Shown: positions 50,465-64,000 of the stretch, piece after piece
Position numbering within the stretch: the first letter of the stretch is position 1
Layout of the letters: each line of letters opens with the position of its first letter
Source of the DNA: Octopus sinensis
Taxonomy: Eukaryota
Reading direction: 5' to 3'
Assembly: GCF_006345805.1 (NCBI RefSeq)
Contig: NC_042999.1
Location: 60,450,001 to 60,514,000, forward strand
DNA length: 64,000 nt
Program-made: the position numbers and the translations under genes
Notes under the pieces: model-generated
Told to the model about the DNA's origin: nothing
The model's input: the letters and a program-made list of their open reading frames with translations, nothing else
Database searches by the model: none

Positions 50465-50779
50465 TCGTGTTGTGTGTGTGTGTTTATATATGTACGTTTT
50501 CTACTAATATAATCTTTAACAATGTCCAACCACTATGCTTATGAGCATTACTCTTCACTATTGATACAACTTAAAATCTTTTGATGCAGCTTAAACATTT
50601 CAAGTTCGATCAGCTGAGGCATCGGAAGTAGCGGAAGCGTTGACCTATGTGAACAGGGCCGTCATTAACTTCACAAAAACTCAGTCACTACACATGTCAC
50701 GTATACAAAGTTCTTCTGCTTTCCCTCTAATCTTGAACAATATTTAACCTAATGTACATACTTGGTATTACATGGCTGA

Positions 50780-51000
50780 TCTCTTCTAAATAGGCTATAG
50801 TTTAGAGTATAGCAGAAACTGCCTCCAATGATCTAGATTTGACTCACTCAAGCCTGCTCTATCAAATTTTAAAAGGCAATGCTTCTCCCACATATCACAT
50901 GGTAATGTTGCAACGTATGTTCTAGAACAAACCTCCGTCACATTCCTTAAAAGAATTGAGAAGTTCTCATCATTCTAGAGATAGTGTGTTCTGGGACTTA
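50780..51000 (+). mobile_element. Possible decayed LINE C-terminal fragment
   Basis: LEY.R..DL...LYQILKG pattern. Confidence 0.3.
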
Positions 51001-51920
51001 AACAACAACAAACAAATAACTACATTATGCAAAGCCGATCCCAATGCAAGCCACTGCCTGGTTAATTGGCAATGACAGAAGCACCAACACACTCCAGCCT
51101 CTTATTTATATGGCGGAGTTAGTCTTCTTACATCGCCTGTGCTATCGTATCACATAAACCTTTGCTCTACTATTCGTACCCTCCCACACGATCTTATCTG
51201 GCTTTCGACCACTTCACTTCTCTTTCCTAGGGTCTCCACTCACAAATTATCACGTTTTGCTTTTTTTGTTATCTCAACAGTAATTTCTTTGGCGTTGATT
51301 GGCAGGTTGCATATGATTTTATGACTGTTCTGCTATCCGCGTTATTAAAATTCACAGGTCACTCAAACTTGTCATCTATAAAAGGAACAGAAAATTAGTG
51401 CGCGTCCTTCGATCTTCCCGTTAGATATAATAACGTCAATTTTTCACAACATAATTACGATTTCTTAAATTTAACACTAAACATCAGTTCAATTATGAGT
51501 GACAGCTACAAGTGGCTCATCTACTTAGCGAAGATTAATCTACACTACAGAATGGTTCATGCCAAACTTTCTTCCCAAATAACTAATTACTTAGATTTTG
51601 TTGAAATATTAAACAAACAACCAGAACAAGTGCACCTTTATATTTCGGTGAACGTAAATAAAATGTTCTGTTATAAAATGATTCTATTACCTTTGTCTAC
51701 ATTTAAAAACCTTCTTTTCTGACCAGCAAAAACATAGAAAATTCATCTGTAGAAGTGAGAGAAGTGAATTTCCTTGTACGTGTCATGTGACTTAATGTTA
51801 TTTGATTTATACGAAAAAAAAAAGTTCAATACAAATCAGAATGCCTGCAGCATTCTTGTCTAAGTTATATTTGAATGACACTTAACAAATTATAGTCCAG
51901 TCAAATCATGTAAAACACAC

Positions 51921-52358
51921 ATGCACGCACGCACACGCATACACACACGCACACACACACACACACGTACATATGTACACGCCACACACACGCACTTTTA
52001 TAACCTACATAAGAAGACTAAGAATTTAGCATACACACACCACACGCACACACACATACGTACAAATGTACACACCACACACACGCACACACACATACAC
52101 ACACGTACATACGTACACGCCACACACATACGTACAAACGTACACACCAGACACACGCACACACACATACGTACAAACGTACACACCACACACACGCACA
52201 CACACATACGTACAAACGTACACACCACACACACGCACACACACATACGTACAAACGTACACACTACACACACGCACACAAACATACGTACACACGTACA
52301 CACCACACACACGCACACGCACTTTTATAACCCAAATCAGAAGACAAAGAATTTAGCA
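51921..52358. repeat. About 39-bp CA-rich minisatellite bracketed by a duplicated cacttttataacc..gaatttagca unit
   Basis: cacaccacacacacgcacacacacatacgtacaaacgta repeated about 6 times; bracket copies at 51992-52030 and 52320-52358. Confidence 0.88.
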
Positions 52359-52898
52359 CAGTTGGAATTGTTTCGGCATTAATCTGTTTTTAGTGCCATT
52401 GCACGAAGTTCCATGTGACATGTTGCGTAATACCTGTATTTCTTTAGAAAGTAATTAATTTCCACCGACTGTTTACGACTTAAGATCTCTATCAAAACTA
52501 TCCGAACTTGAACTAACTTTTTCGATGTTTCCTTAGGCCTCCAAACCCATTCACATACATAAACCATTTCACAAGATTAAAGAGAACCTTAAATATATCA
52601 ATAAATATTCCTGTCACCCACATATTACATTTAGAAACTTAATTTCTGATATTAGCCATAAGATCCCATGCCTTTCTTCTTCTGAAAGGCTGTTGAATAT
52701 TAAAGGGTAGCGGCTTTACTGATAAAATCTTCTACAACACCGACCCACTCTGTCATATTGTCGTAACAATATCTTTCGGTAAGTTATATGGTTCGCCCCT
52801 CCCCCCCTGCATTTCTCCCTTAACGTTAGGACGAACGTAGGTAGAAATCTCTTAGCAGATAACAGTTTTCTCCACTTTCCTAGAAACCATAAACACTA

Positions 52899-53463
52899 TT
52901 GGGCTGTCCGGAAAGTTCGTGCCGATTTATAGTGGCTTCACTTTCGACTTATTTTAGAACATGTTTGAGTCCATAAAATATGATTTGAGTACACCTCCAT
53001 TTAGAGTACAGTTTAAGCTAGCTTTTCGTGGAAGAAGGTATATGTTCCTATAATCTGTGTTAATTCTGTAACCCTTTAAAATGGAAGATAAGAAAATTTA
53101 TCTTAGGCACTTGATGCTTTGGGAACCAGAAAAAAATTGCTGCAGCTCGGCTGGGATGTGTTACCCACCCTCCATATTCACCAGATATTGTTCCTTCGGA
53201 TTTCCATTTATTCAGGTCTCTGCAGAATAGACTTAATGGTAAAAATGTCAATTCCTTGGATGACGTAAAAATATACCCTGATGAATTCTTTGACACGAAA
53301 CCATCTCAATTTTGGGAAGAGGGTATTTTCAAGTTAAAGGAAAGATGGAGACGCATTGTGCAACAAAATGATTCATATTTCGTTTATTGAAAATGTAAAG
53401 GCAAGTATTTATTGACCTTTCTCTTTCCTTTAAAAATCGGCACGAACTTTCTGGACAACCCAA
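52899..53463 (+). mobile_element. Internally deleted mariner (565 bp) with TIRs and TA duplication
   Basis: TA|ttgggctgtccggaaagttcgtgccgattt ... aaatcggcacgaactttctggacaacccaa|TA; MEDKKIYLRH N-terminus joined to a YSPDIVPSDFHLFRSLQN C-terminus. Confidence 0.92.
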
Positions 53464-54152
53464 TATAAAATCTTTAGCAGACACAAAATAACCTTTTTTA
53501 GCATCCCATTAAGATATTTCATATCAATAAGCAACAGACGATACGAGCGTACCCTGGATGCACATGTAGAAACAAATCTAAATGTACTCTAGAGCAGAAA
53601 TGCAATATATCCTCCGTTGTTTATAAAAAAAAAACAGGTTTCATTGACCTATGGCAAGGGTCGGCCAAAAATCAAACGTTATATCGTAGCCGTGGAGCGA
53701 AAATTAAAATCCAGATATAACAACTAAATTTACTGATAAAAGACATTAAACGACCCTTTCAGTTTTAATCTGGAGACCTAAAGACGAAGGGAACAACTTC
53801 GACAGCAAATGTAAAACTCATCTCCAGGGGCAGACCGTATTTTAACGGGTCATGAAGTTCAGTATGTTCTCTTGAAAAACTATATCTCTTATTTGAGAAC
53901 CTCTAACGACTACTTAAGATCCAGGAACGAGAGTTTTTCTCTAAGCCTACATTTTAAGAAATATATCTTGGCGGAATTTAAATATAGGCTACCAGACACA
54001 AAGTAAGCCATTAACATCCTATGTACGTTTTTGTAATGGTTTGTTGTAGCATTGGTTATCCCCCTTGTATTGTTATTTTTCTCTTCTTTATCAACGTCCT
54101 TTGTTTAAACGTCATCAACGTAAAAAACGCAACCGAAAAGCAGTCTTCTTTT

Positions 54153-54200
54153 CAGCTTGAAAAACGGCTGATGTATCGACGAGGAAACTCTGAGTAGCTG
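54153..54200 (+). ncRNA. Candidate hammerhead motif, U3:A8 core, weak stem II
   Basis: cagc-TTGAAAA-20 nt-GAAA-ctctgag-TA-gctg. Confidence 0.4.
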
Positions 54201-54292
54201 TATTTAACAAGATTTGCGGTTTTATTTAGCTTTATCCCTACTCTCTTAGCTGATTGAAAGATATTCTACTTATTGAAGCCTTAGCTCATTCA

Positions 54293-54336
<44 letters not shown>

Positions 54337-55547
54337 TCATTTATTCATTTATTTATCCATTTATTTGTTTATAAACGCATACATATATGCGTATGTGTAT
54401 AAACACATATGAACCTTAAGATATTAAGAATTTCTTAGATATGGTGAAGCACAACAAGAGAAGTTGATAAAATAGACTGAAGTACAATAAGCAGTATTGT
54501 TGGAATAAATTATCTGGAATAAATGCTGAAATATTCGCAGACATTCAAGTTAAAACTATAGTCATTGACAGTTTCGTAGAATATCAAGAGTTTCTAAGAT
54601 TATAAAAAGTATAGTAAGAGATATAAAATGCAAAAATGTGAACAAAGTTGTTTGATATGGAATATTATAAGAGATAATAAAACATAATAGACAAATAGCA
54701 GGAAAAAGAACAATATACAATATGAATATACAAAACTCCGAATGATATCCGAAAAAAGTGTATAAGCTTAAGTTGGGGAAACAATTATGTGTTGTGGTCG
54801 AAGTATTTAGTGCAATCGGGTGTTGACAACGAAAGCATTACGGTGTGGATAAATTAAGGATCAGATGGAGAACAGACTCGGTACATGATTGATGTCCCTA
54901 TGCGGTGGTTAAGATTAGATTTAATAAGTACTGGTTCTTTAGCCATTATATCGACTGTTTGGTTTTTACCTAAAGGTTTTTACCCAAAGGGATCGGGAAA
55001 TTAAAGATAAAATTCATAGTTAGTTTACTAGATTGGATGATTATTTTAGGTTGTGGGTGATTATTTTAGATTCGCATAATGAGGGAGTTAACTATGTAAA
55101 ATTGATGAAAAAATTTAAGGTCATAGAGGTTTCGTAAACGCCCTGTAGTATTTGTGCGGACAGCGTATTAGAATCTCATATCAAAATACTCTTAATGTTT
55201 ATGATTTCAAGCGCTTCTATTCAGCATAAGTTACACTCACCCCTCTCTGTCCATATAGGGAAGAAATGTTGTTACCACTGAAGAGGAAATTTCGTATGGT
55301 AGTTTGCTCGGTTTTAAGTCCTATACCTTAAAGTATGGAGGTTGTCCTAACTTAATACATTCCAATTCAAATGGTTTCCGGAAGTGATATGTTGATGATG
55401 CGGGTGCGCCCTCTCTGAAAATACGAGATTTTTGCGTACATAACTATAAGGCTTCTTATAGTATTGGGCATTCTGCATGAATATAATGATGTATATATAT
55501 ATATATGCATTTTGTAAGTTATATATTTACAAGCATATACAAACATG

Positions 55548-55598
<51 letters not shown>

Positions 55599-56313
55599 GT
55601 GTGTGTCTATGCGTGCGTTTGTGTCTGTATGCATACACGCACACATAAATATATATGCGTGTATGTATGTGTGTGCGTGTCTGTGCAGTGTGTGTGTGTA
55701 TATATATATATGTACACACAAACACATACATTATATACATATACGTTTATGCATCAATGCATATTTAAATATATATATATATGTATATGTGTGTGTGTAT
55801 TTATATAAGTATATATGTGATTATGTATGTGTACATAGAATCACGCGCAGGAGAGACACATCAACACACACGCGCATGAATCACTTGTATAAGAAAGCTT
55901 AAATGTCTTTATTGCGTGCAAATAGGAATAAGAAAAACTTTCTTTTCTAATAAACACATAACATAGAAATAGCTCTCACTTCCTGTATACGCCATTTGTT
56001 TGGCCAAATTGTGTAACAGTCAGTTGTGACGGCTGTCAATATAGCGGCTCGAGCTCGGTGAACAACAGTTAATGGAACATGAGATACAAGCGAATGGATA
56101 TTGTGGAAATTTTCCACGTTAAGTGTATGAAATGTATTAGAACGAAAGTTTTATTTAAAGATGTATAGTGATGTGATGAAATAAAGGGCGACTTGATTTG
56201 TAGCTTATAATACACTGCATATGAAAGGGTGTGAACCGTTGTTGAAGCATTTAAGCAAGTATTCAATAAGATGTTATTTTACGGATGAGTGAGAGTGAGA
56301 ATAGAATGTAAGC

Positions 56314-56344
<31 letters not shown>

Positions 56345-56559
56345 TGTTGTATGTATGTATGTTTGTATGTATGTATGTTTCTTTGTATGTGTATCAGTGT
56401 GTGTGTATATTTGTCTGTGTATGCATACGTAACGAAAGACAGTGAGAGAACTGAAGAGAGTGATTGCTTACATGTTCTTCCAAATAGTAAGACACATAGT
56501 AACACACAAACAGATGCACACATAGTTATATACATATACATATGTATGTGTGTGTACAT

Positions 56560-56587
56560 CTATCTATATATCTATCCATTTATCTAT

Positions 56588-56660
<73 letters not shown>

Positions 56661-56712
56661 ATATATATATATATCTATCTATCTGTCTGTCTATCTATCT
56701 ATCTATCTATCC

Positions 56713-56782
<70 letters not shown>

Positions 56783-56827
56783 ATCTATCTATCTACCTAC
56801 CTACCTATCTACCTACTTATCTATCTA

Positions 56828-56876
<49 letters not shown>

Positions 56877-56880
56877 TATA
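56560..56880. repeat. (CTAT)n/(TA)n compound microsatellite
   Basis: Direct reading. Confidence 0.97.
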
Positions 56881-56941
56881 TTTCGATCTTGTAAGGATGG
56901 ACTTGGTGCTAACTTAACTGTATCTATTTTTTTTTATTATA

Positions 56942-56984
<43 letters not shown>

Positions 56985-57322
56985 AGTAATTTTTATTAAC
57001 TTTTATACTTTAGTATCTTATGAACTATACCACGGATTTATTTATTATTTTCCATCTCCATATATGTTAGCCTTTTTTTTTTTTTTTATATTAAAAACTA
57101 CTAGCCAAATATGTATAATATCGGTACTTATTGATATTAATATATACACTATTATATATTTTGTTTTATTTTTTCTGTTTGCTTTCCTTTTTTGTACAAA
57201 TGTGTAGTATATTATATAAGTGTAGCTTATGATGTATAAGTTTTTATATTTTATTTTTTTATATTTTTATATTATATGTATATGATTGTATAATATTTTT
57301 CACTATTATAACAAATTTTTTA

Positions 57323-57434
57323 ATTCTCTGAAGAGGCCGTGGGGCATCCTTGTTAATGCCTCATTTATACCTTTTATGGCTTATAGGTTAAATGAGGTTG
57401 AGACTGTCCTCACTGCCGAAACAGCTGTCAGTTT
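57323..57434 (+). ncRNA. Type I hammerhead with about 80-nt extended stem II
   Basis: ct-CTGAAGA-ggc..gtgggg..cctcattta..taaatgagg..cctcac..gcc-GAAA-cagctg-TC-ag; perfect ACAGCUGU helix III, short or decayed stem I. Confidence 0.78.
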
Positions 57435-57656
57435 GATTATTTGCATATTATATTTGAAAAATTTTTACTTATATCTCTTTATCTTTTTACTATTACTGTA
57501 TATCTCATTTCATTTTATGTATTGCTTTACTCATATGTAATGGTGTATTAAAGTATGATTGAGTATCATCGGATAGTTGATGTTTTACTGATTTAAGTAT
57601 ATTTCTCCATTCTCTAATTTTGTAGTATATATATATATATATATATACATATATAT

Positions 57657-57835
57657 ATAGGGAGAGTTTACGAAAAAAACAAAAGACGAAGACAGGTGGT
57701 GTACAAAACAAACAGATATATTAGTATAACGCTCAGGAATAGGAAAAGTCTTTTACGTTTCGAGCCTACGCTCTTCTACAGAAAGGGACACAGAAAAAAC
57801 AAGGAGTGAAACGAGGAGAGAAAAAATGTGTCTGT
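57657..57835 (-). mobile_element. Solo PLE pseudo-LTR with A6U hammerhead (57750-57785)
   Basis: Minus strand: cttt-CTGTAGA-a-gagc-gtag-gctc-GAAA-cg-TA-aaag; adjacent to (TA)n. Confidence 0.8.
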
Positions 57836-57975
57836 TGAATATAGTACTTAAGTTAAAGGCAGCACAGTAGTATGGTATTATCCATATAATTCAAAATGGG
57901 GTGATTATAATATATATATATATATACTATTCATATAAATACAGTGTACATTTATACATAAAAGAGGTATCCGTA

Positions 57976-58019
<44 letters not shown>

Positions 58020-58681
58020 ATATATATATAATATATATGCTCCAACAGAAAAAAAAAATCTGCAGTCTATTCTAAGCTACAAAGTTGCCCTGTATTTCAT
58101 CACATCACTATACATCTTTAATGTAAATCATTGGAGGTACATTTTTGCAAATAGCCGCTACAAATTTCACGATTCTGCTCTTCAGCTGATTACGAAAGAG
58201 GCAATATATCATATTTATGTAAAATGTTCACAGAATATTGTGAATGAAAAAAGGAGTACTGATTGTGTGATAGAATGTTACGAAGAGATATACCCAAATC
58301 GCTGATTGGGTATATCAAATGTATATATAATAGGAGATGTTTTTAGAAATTTTCGGCACATACAGACTTGTATAAAGTCTAACACGAAAAATGCACGGAA
58401 ATGCAATAAAAACTGGTCATTGCAACATTTGTATGAGAGCCGTTGTATTCAAATACAAAAATCTATTCAATCAAGTATAGAAAAAGTAATATAAATTTAT
58501 TGTTACGCTGTAATTAACCGTATGGTAATCAAAATGCTAAATATCTGCAATAGCAAACGAAAGGCGAAAAGTCATTACGCCACACGAGGCTGCCGGAAAA
58601 AAATAGCTTTCTCTCATTTGAGAAATGGATAACTAATCAGCATTTTTCCCTGAAGAAGGAACCACGCAATACCGTTGATAC

Positions 58682-59092
58682 TTACTCTTTTATTCTTTTA
58701 CTTATTTCAGTCAATTGATTGCGGCCATGCTGGAGCACCACCTTTAGTCGAGCAAATCGACACCAAGACTTATTCTTTGTAAGCCTAGTACTTATTCTAT
58801 CGGTCCCTTTTGCCGAACCGCTAAGTTACGGGGATGTAAACACACCAGCATCGGTTGTCAAGCGATGTTGGGGGTACAAACAGAGATATACGAACAAACA
58901 CACACACATATATACATATACATATATACGACGGACTTCTTTCAGTTTCCGTCTACCAAATCCACTCACAAGGCTTTGGTCAGCCCGAGGCTATAGTAGA
59001 AGACAGTTGTCCAAGGTTCCACGCAGTGGGACTGAACCCGGAACCATGTAGTTTGTAAGCAAGCTACTTACCACACAGCCACTGCTGCGCCT
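58682..59092 (-). mobile_element. SINE family A, full length
   Basis: Near-consensus head and tail. Confidence 0.88.
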
Positions 59093-59879
59093 AATAAAAC
59101 GTCCAGATATAACGTCCTGATAAAACGTCCAGAATGGTCCTGAAAAATCAATGAAATTTACAGATTCAGTATGGGCTATATTCTAAGACTGTGTTTTGGT
59201 TTGTTTCAAGTTTATGAACATATGAATATAGAAGGAATAATAAAGAAAGCCGAAGAAAGTAAAGAAAAAATTGTGAAATATCAGGACCTAGCATTGTCGA
59301 TATATTGTTCCTAGCAATACGGACATTGCCGATATATAGTCCCTCGCAATTCGGGGATATATAATTCCTTGCAATTACGAAGAACTATATATTGACGAGA
59401 CATGGAAAACATTATCGGAACGCTTACGAGTGCACAGACAACAAATTCGGAACACTAATGTTTGCCAAATTCCATTGAGCTAACGTATAGAATCATGTGT
59501 TTAGAAAATATTTCTAATTTTTCCTTTCCACAAACTATATGAAACAAACCAACTTGGAAGAAAGATAAAAGAAAAAAACGGTTTATTAAAATATTCAAAC
59601 CTGTTCTGAACGAAAACACCAATAATAATTTAACAACCAGTTAATGATGTGGATTAAAGAATGTCTTTAATATATGAATATAAACAAATTACAGAAGACT
59701 GCCACCAATTGAAATAAAAACGATCGAAACAAACTAAGTGTGCTCACTCATAAAACTATTACTTGTAAACGGCAAGCTAATTAGTTAAAATAATGTCGGG
59801 CTCGATGCCAACAATATCGGTACGCCCGGCAAACCGTGACGTCTAAACTGCATGCGGATTGGTCAAAACCGTATTCCAA

Positions 59880-59953
59880 AAATTCGTTATACTAATACAT
59901 CTGTTTGTTTTGTACACCAGTTGTCTTCGTCTTTTGCTTTCTTCGTGAACCCT

Positions 59954-60027
<74 letters not shown>

Positions 60028-60050
60028 TGAGAGAGAGAGAGAGAGATAGT

Positions 60051-60129
<79 letters not shown>

Positions 60130-60313
60130 GTAGGTAGGTAGGTAGATACACATAGACAGGTTTGTTTCAGTTTTCGTCAACCAAATCCATTCACAAGGCT
60201 TTGGTTGACTCGAGGCTGTAGTAGAAGACAGTTGCCCAAGGTGCCATTCTGTGACACCGAACTGAGACACATATGGTTTGGAAACAAATTTCATATCACA
60301 CAGCCATGTCTGC
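59880..60313. mobile_element. PLE pseudo-LTR remnant (59880-59956), (TA)/(GA)/(GATA) repeats and SINE A head (60137-60313, minus)
   Basis: Motif matches to the families above. Confidence 0.7.
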
Positions 60314-60996
60314 TCTATATGTAATCCTAGTTAATTGCAATACTTTAATTACTCATTTCAATATGAAAACCAAGTTAGCTGCATGTTTGTGAAGTAAGCT
60401 TAGGAAAGTGTATGAAATTTTTTATGACTTTATTTTATAGTAGTTAATGCATGGATTTTTATACAAACAGCTAGAGATCAATAAATTTTACAATCCTTAT
60501 GTAAAAGCACACTTTCGCAATGGGCGGTGATAATAATTAAAATCAGAGCCTTCGTAATATTCCTTTCCTTTTATACGTTTGATTAAACACACTGACGATA
60601 AATGTCAGTTACTCGATGGATTATTAAATTGAAGTTGATAGAACGCTTACTGTCAAAAAGTCGTTAGAAGCTAAAAAGGGCATTGAAAATAGAAGCTTCT
60701 CTACAAAGGCCCTCGAAGCAAACTAACATAATTATGTTTTCATTGACAAACATCATGCTGATTTAGATTAAATTAAAAACAACAAAATATGAAGAACCAT
60801 ATCTCAAAAAACAACCAACTAAGAGTGGGCATCATGTTGTCACTCAACTTGCTAGAAGTGGCTGGAAAATACACCTAAAATCAGGCTCGAGGTATTTCTA
60901 AATATAAAAGAGAACACTAGTAAATAATGTGTATTTAATAGTTGTGAAAATAAAACAGTTGAAAATAAGATATGGTAACAGTTGAAAAGTACTTGA

Positions 60997-61440
60997 CTAG
61001 ACGAGTTCTCCATAACTTGTCATGAATTCTTTGACAAGAAAATATTCGATGTTGAGTGAATTGCTTGCGCCTGCTACCTCCTCATCCATAACAATGTGCA
61101 GGATTCTGTCCAAGACATGGTATTGGCAGCTCACAAATTGCGACCTGTCATAGCCTTTGCTCAAGAACATTCTCTGGAGTCTAACCACTACCCGACTCTT
61201 TCGTCCTGTATTCACACTCGTATCAGTAATAATCATTGAGATTGTACCCCACAAGTGAGATTCATCCAATACGCTTTCCAATCCTTTTGCAATCGTCTCA
61301 GAGGACCGAGTATTAAACAGGAAAAACGAGAACAATAGCAACAGCGGAACGAAGAGAAAACTGTTGAGTAATTTAGAATTAGTTTCTATAACTCTTGTCA
61401 GTTCATACATGCATACATGATATAATGGAAGTAATTCCAT
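60997..61440 (-). mobile_element. hAT-related (hATm-like) transposase fragment
   Basis: SETIA..LDE..LW..I.MI.TDTSVNTG.K..VV..LQ...CQYHVLDRIL: catalytic-D DT..NTG plus CxxH pattern. Confidence 0.65.
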
Positions 61441-62442
61441 TTGACATTTGTTTTGTTCAAAGTTTAGTCACCAGACTAAATTACTATTTTATAAAGTATC
61501 GGCCGGGTTAATATCAAAGAGGAGCTTACTGTTTAGTAACAAGTAATATAGAAAGGACTGATATTTGTGCTACAATAAGTCGGAAAACATCGCATCGTTT
61601 AATTCAGATTATGCAATAACTAGACACAAACCAGCTCTATGGGTTTAATAACCTAACTACAATAAGGAAAGCGGTTTGCTCAATTTAGATCAACCATTTG
61701 AGATATGGGAAATTAAAGACAATGCAAACCAGAGGGGTATTTGATATAAATTTCATCGAGAAATTTACCGGTATGTTTCTGCTTTATTAAGCGTCATCAA
61801 GGAAGTATAGGCTACGCATTGTGTGTGTATGTATGCATCAATTTTACACGCACATACACACATGCACACACACACACGTTCTTTTATTTTTTTTATTTTT
61901 TTACTTGTTTCAGTCATTTGACTCCGGCCATACTGGAGCACTGCCTTATATATAACTATATACCGTTGCTATTATCTTAAACTATCGTATGCCCAAATTT
62001 GGTCAAATGTGTGTTTTGTCAATGTTTAATCTTGCTTGCAGTAGCCGGTTCTTTTGGTCAAACTATCGTATCTCCCGCTGCTTCAGATGCCAAGATATGA
62101 AAATTGTCAAAGTGTAGTACAACGGTTTAGCATTTTTCAAAAGTGTAGTAAATCCCACATATGACAGTTTTAGAAAAATATTTCTGAAAATATCACGCAT
62201 GCAAGGGGTTACGATTTTATGCTCTCAACAAAGTATTATTGGTAAGCTTGCTAATGTGAAAAAGAAGCAGAATAGTGAAACTATTGTTTCGTTTTCTGAA
62301 ACAGCAATGTTTCGGACGGCACTTTTGCATAATAGCAACGCTATGTGTGTTTGTGTCTAGATATATAGATATATAGATATGGATATGAGTCTATGTATAT
62401 ATGTATCTCTACACACACAGATGTACACACAAACAGGTATAT

Positions 62443-63110
62443 ACAGGGTGCGTAAAGTATTTGGGGACATACCATTTTTGGGTCATTGCTGCATTTATGC
62501 TACCTCTGTATAATCTTTGTTTCAGAAAATAATAATGGCCACGGTTCAGCTTAGGAAATGAAGAGGTATGCTGTTATTGTGGTTATAAACGCTGAGTATA
62601 GCAATTTAGAAATATCTCGATTTTTAAAAGTTGCCAGATCTTTCATCTACATAGTTTGTAAAAGAGCTAGAGACTGAAGACGGAAACGTATCACCATTGC
62701 CAGAGCATAAAAAGCACTCTAAACGCTCTGAAGTCATCAGTTTAGAGGTTGTCAGCAATGAAGGACATGTGGTATTTCTTTACTTCTTTCCATAATTTTG
62801 TCGCCTACATTGAGGTTCTGGAAATAATTGTTAAGGTCTGGATAGACATTGTATGCAATGCATGGCCATGTGTATTTCAGTAAGAGTCTGAGCTATCACA
62901 CATGGCTCTAGTAACATTTTCATGATCATGTAATCCCTAACATTTGGCCTCCTAATTCTCCCGATCTCAATCTATGGACTGTTACTTGTGGAGCGTTGTT
63001 GAAAGAGAGGTCAATGAACGCGCCTATAACACCAAAGATTCTTTGAAAGCTGCCATAGTCAGAGTAATGTCCAAAACGACCCAGGACCACTTGATTTAAG
63101 CATCTCGCAG
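62443..63110 (+). mobile_element. Degenerate Tc1/mariner-superfamily (maT-like) element
   Basis: TA-cagggtg start; HTH N-terminus KRYAVIV..EISRFLKVARS; WPPNSPDLN motif. Confidence 0.75.
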
Positions 63111-63169
63111 GTCATCCCGTTAGTTCTGTCCGAATTTTGAATAAAGAAAACAAGTGATCAAATGTTATC

Positions 63170-64000
63170 TTTAATTGAAATTTAATCATTAATGTTCTTT
63201 CCCTGATTATCTATGACTTCCTTCCATCTATTTACAAGCTTTTTAATCCCATTAATGTAAAACTCTTTTGGTTTCAAAGCGATGAACTCTGAAATATCAG
63301 TTTCGACCTCCTCCTGGCTTGCGAAAGTTATGTTCCCTAAATGATTCTGTAAACTATGAAACAAATGGTAGTCTGAAGGCGCAAGGTCGGAGAATAAGGT
63401 GGATGAGGAACTTTTCCCAACCAAACACTTCGATCTTTTTTTATGTGACCTTTGCAGTGTGGGGTCGCACATTGTCCCGATGAAACTTCACTCCTTTACG
63501 ATTCACCAAAGCAGGTTTTTTTTTCTTCAAAGCTTGATTCAAACGCTCTAATTTCTGATAGTAGAGTGAGCATTGATTGTTGCATTAGGTGGTAAGAATT
63601 CAAAGTGAATTACTCCTTTGCAATCCCACCGGATAGAGAGAAGATCCTTTTTCCTATAAAGGTCCCTTCTAGGCTGTGTTTGAGCTTTTTCTCTTTTACC
63701 AAGCCACTGATAAAAATGTTTAACATTCCGATAGAAGATCCATTTTTCGTCACCCGTCACAAGTCTATCCAAAAAGGGTGAAATGAGTTGGCGAGAATGG
63801 AAAAAAGAGCAGATGTCAACTCGGGATCTAGAGTTGCATTCGGACAATTCATGAGGCACCGTTTTCCAAGTTAAGGAACCTTTGCAAGTTGTTGAAGATG
63901 ACGATGAACAGTTGTATGGCTTGAACTAAGCCTTATTACCAATTCTTCAACTGATAATGCAGGATTTTCTTCAAGTTATGCCTCAAGGAGCTTATCATCA
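63170..64000 (-). mobile_element. Mariner (DD34D) transposase, disrupted, continuing beyond the window
   Basis: PHEL, VTGDEKWIFY, WDCKGVIHFEFL (ORF 63548..63859) and SDLAPSDYHLFHSLQNHL (ORF 63182..63472). Confidence 0.92.

Noticed and set aside
51921-52358. Regular repeat array resembling CRISPR
   Set aside because: Tandem CA-rich minisatellite with no unique spacers, in a eukaryotic context.
54400-55370. A-rich stretch suggestive of a decayed LINE
   Set aside because: No recognisable protein motif could be recovered.
59290-59385. Three degenerate about 25-bp repeats (gatatat..cct.gcaat.cg)
   Set aside because: Too short and diverged to assign; no partner terminus found.
62670-62694. CTGAAGA-cg-GAAACGTA hammerhead-like string
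   Set aside because: No stem II is possible, and it lies inside transposase coding sequence (ETEDGNV); chance match.

Overview
Eukaryotic, AT-rich, microsatellite-dense DNA made almost entirely of repeats. The SINE families and simple-repeat load suggest an octopus/coleoid cephalopod genome; this is inferred from repeat recognition, not from a search. No intact host gene is evident. Host-like sequence is limited to a decayed beta-tubulin fragment (17265-17534), one candidate coding exon (32671-32933) and a possible broken transmembrane exon (28428-28558). Long ORFs belong to transposable elements: three Penelope-like retroelements (PLEs; two Neptune-like, one near-intact Naiad-like with 312-bp inverted ends), an R4/Dong-type RLE LINE cluster in (TAA)n, and mariner, Tc1 and hAT remnants. 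There are also more than 30 tRNA-derived SINE copies. Most other ORFs in the track are microsatellite artefacts. The main hidden signal is about 15 type I hammerhead ribozyme (HHR) motifs on both strands, found by eye. They lie in PLE pseudo-LTRs and in short non-coding modules inside (TA)n tracts. They include recurrent non-canonical cores (A6U in three copies, U3:A8, U4C), long stem II inserts, and a GGCTGCTATTTC motif about 100-130 nt downstream of the cleavage site in three divergent modules. All folds are manual and untested.
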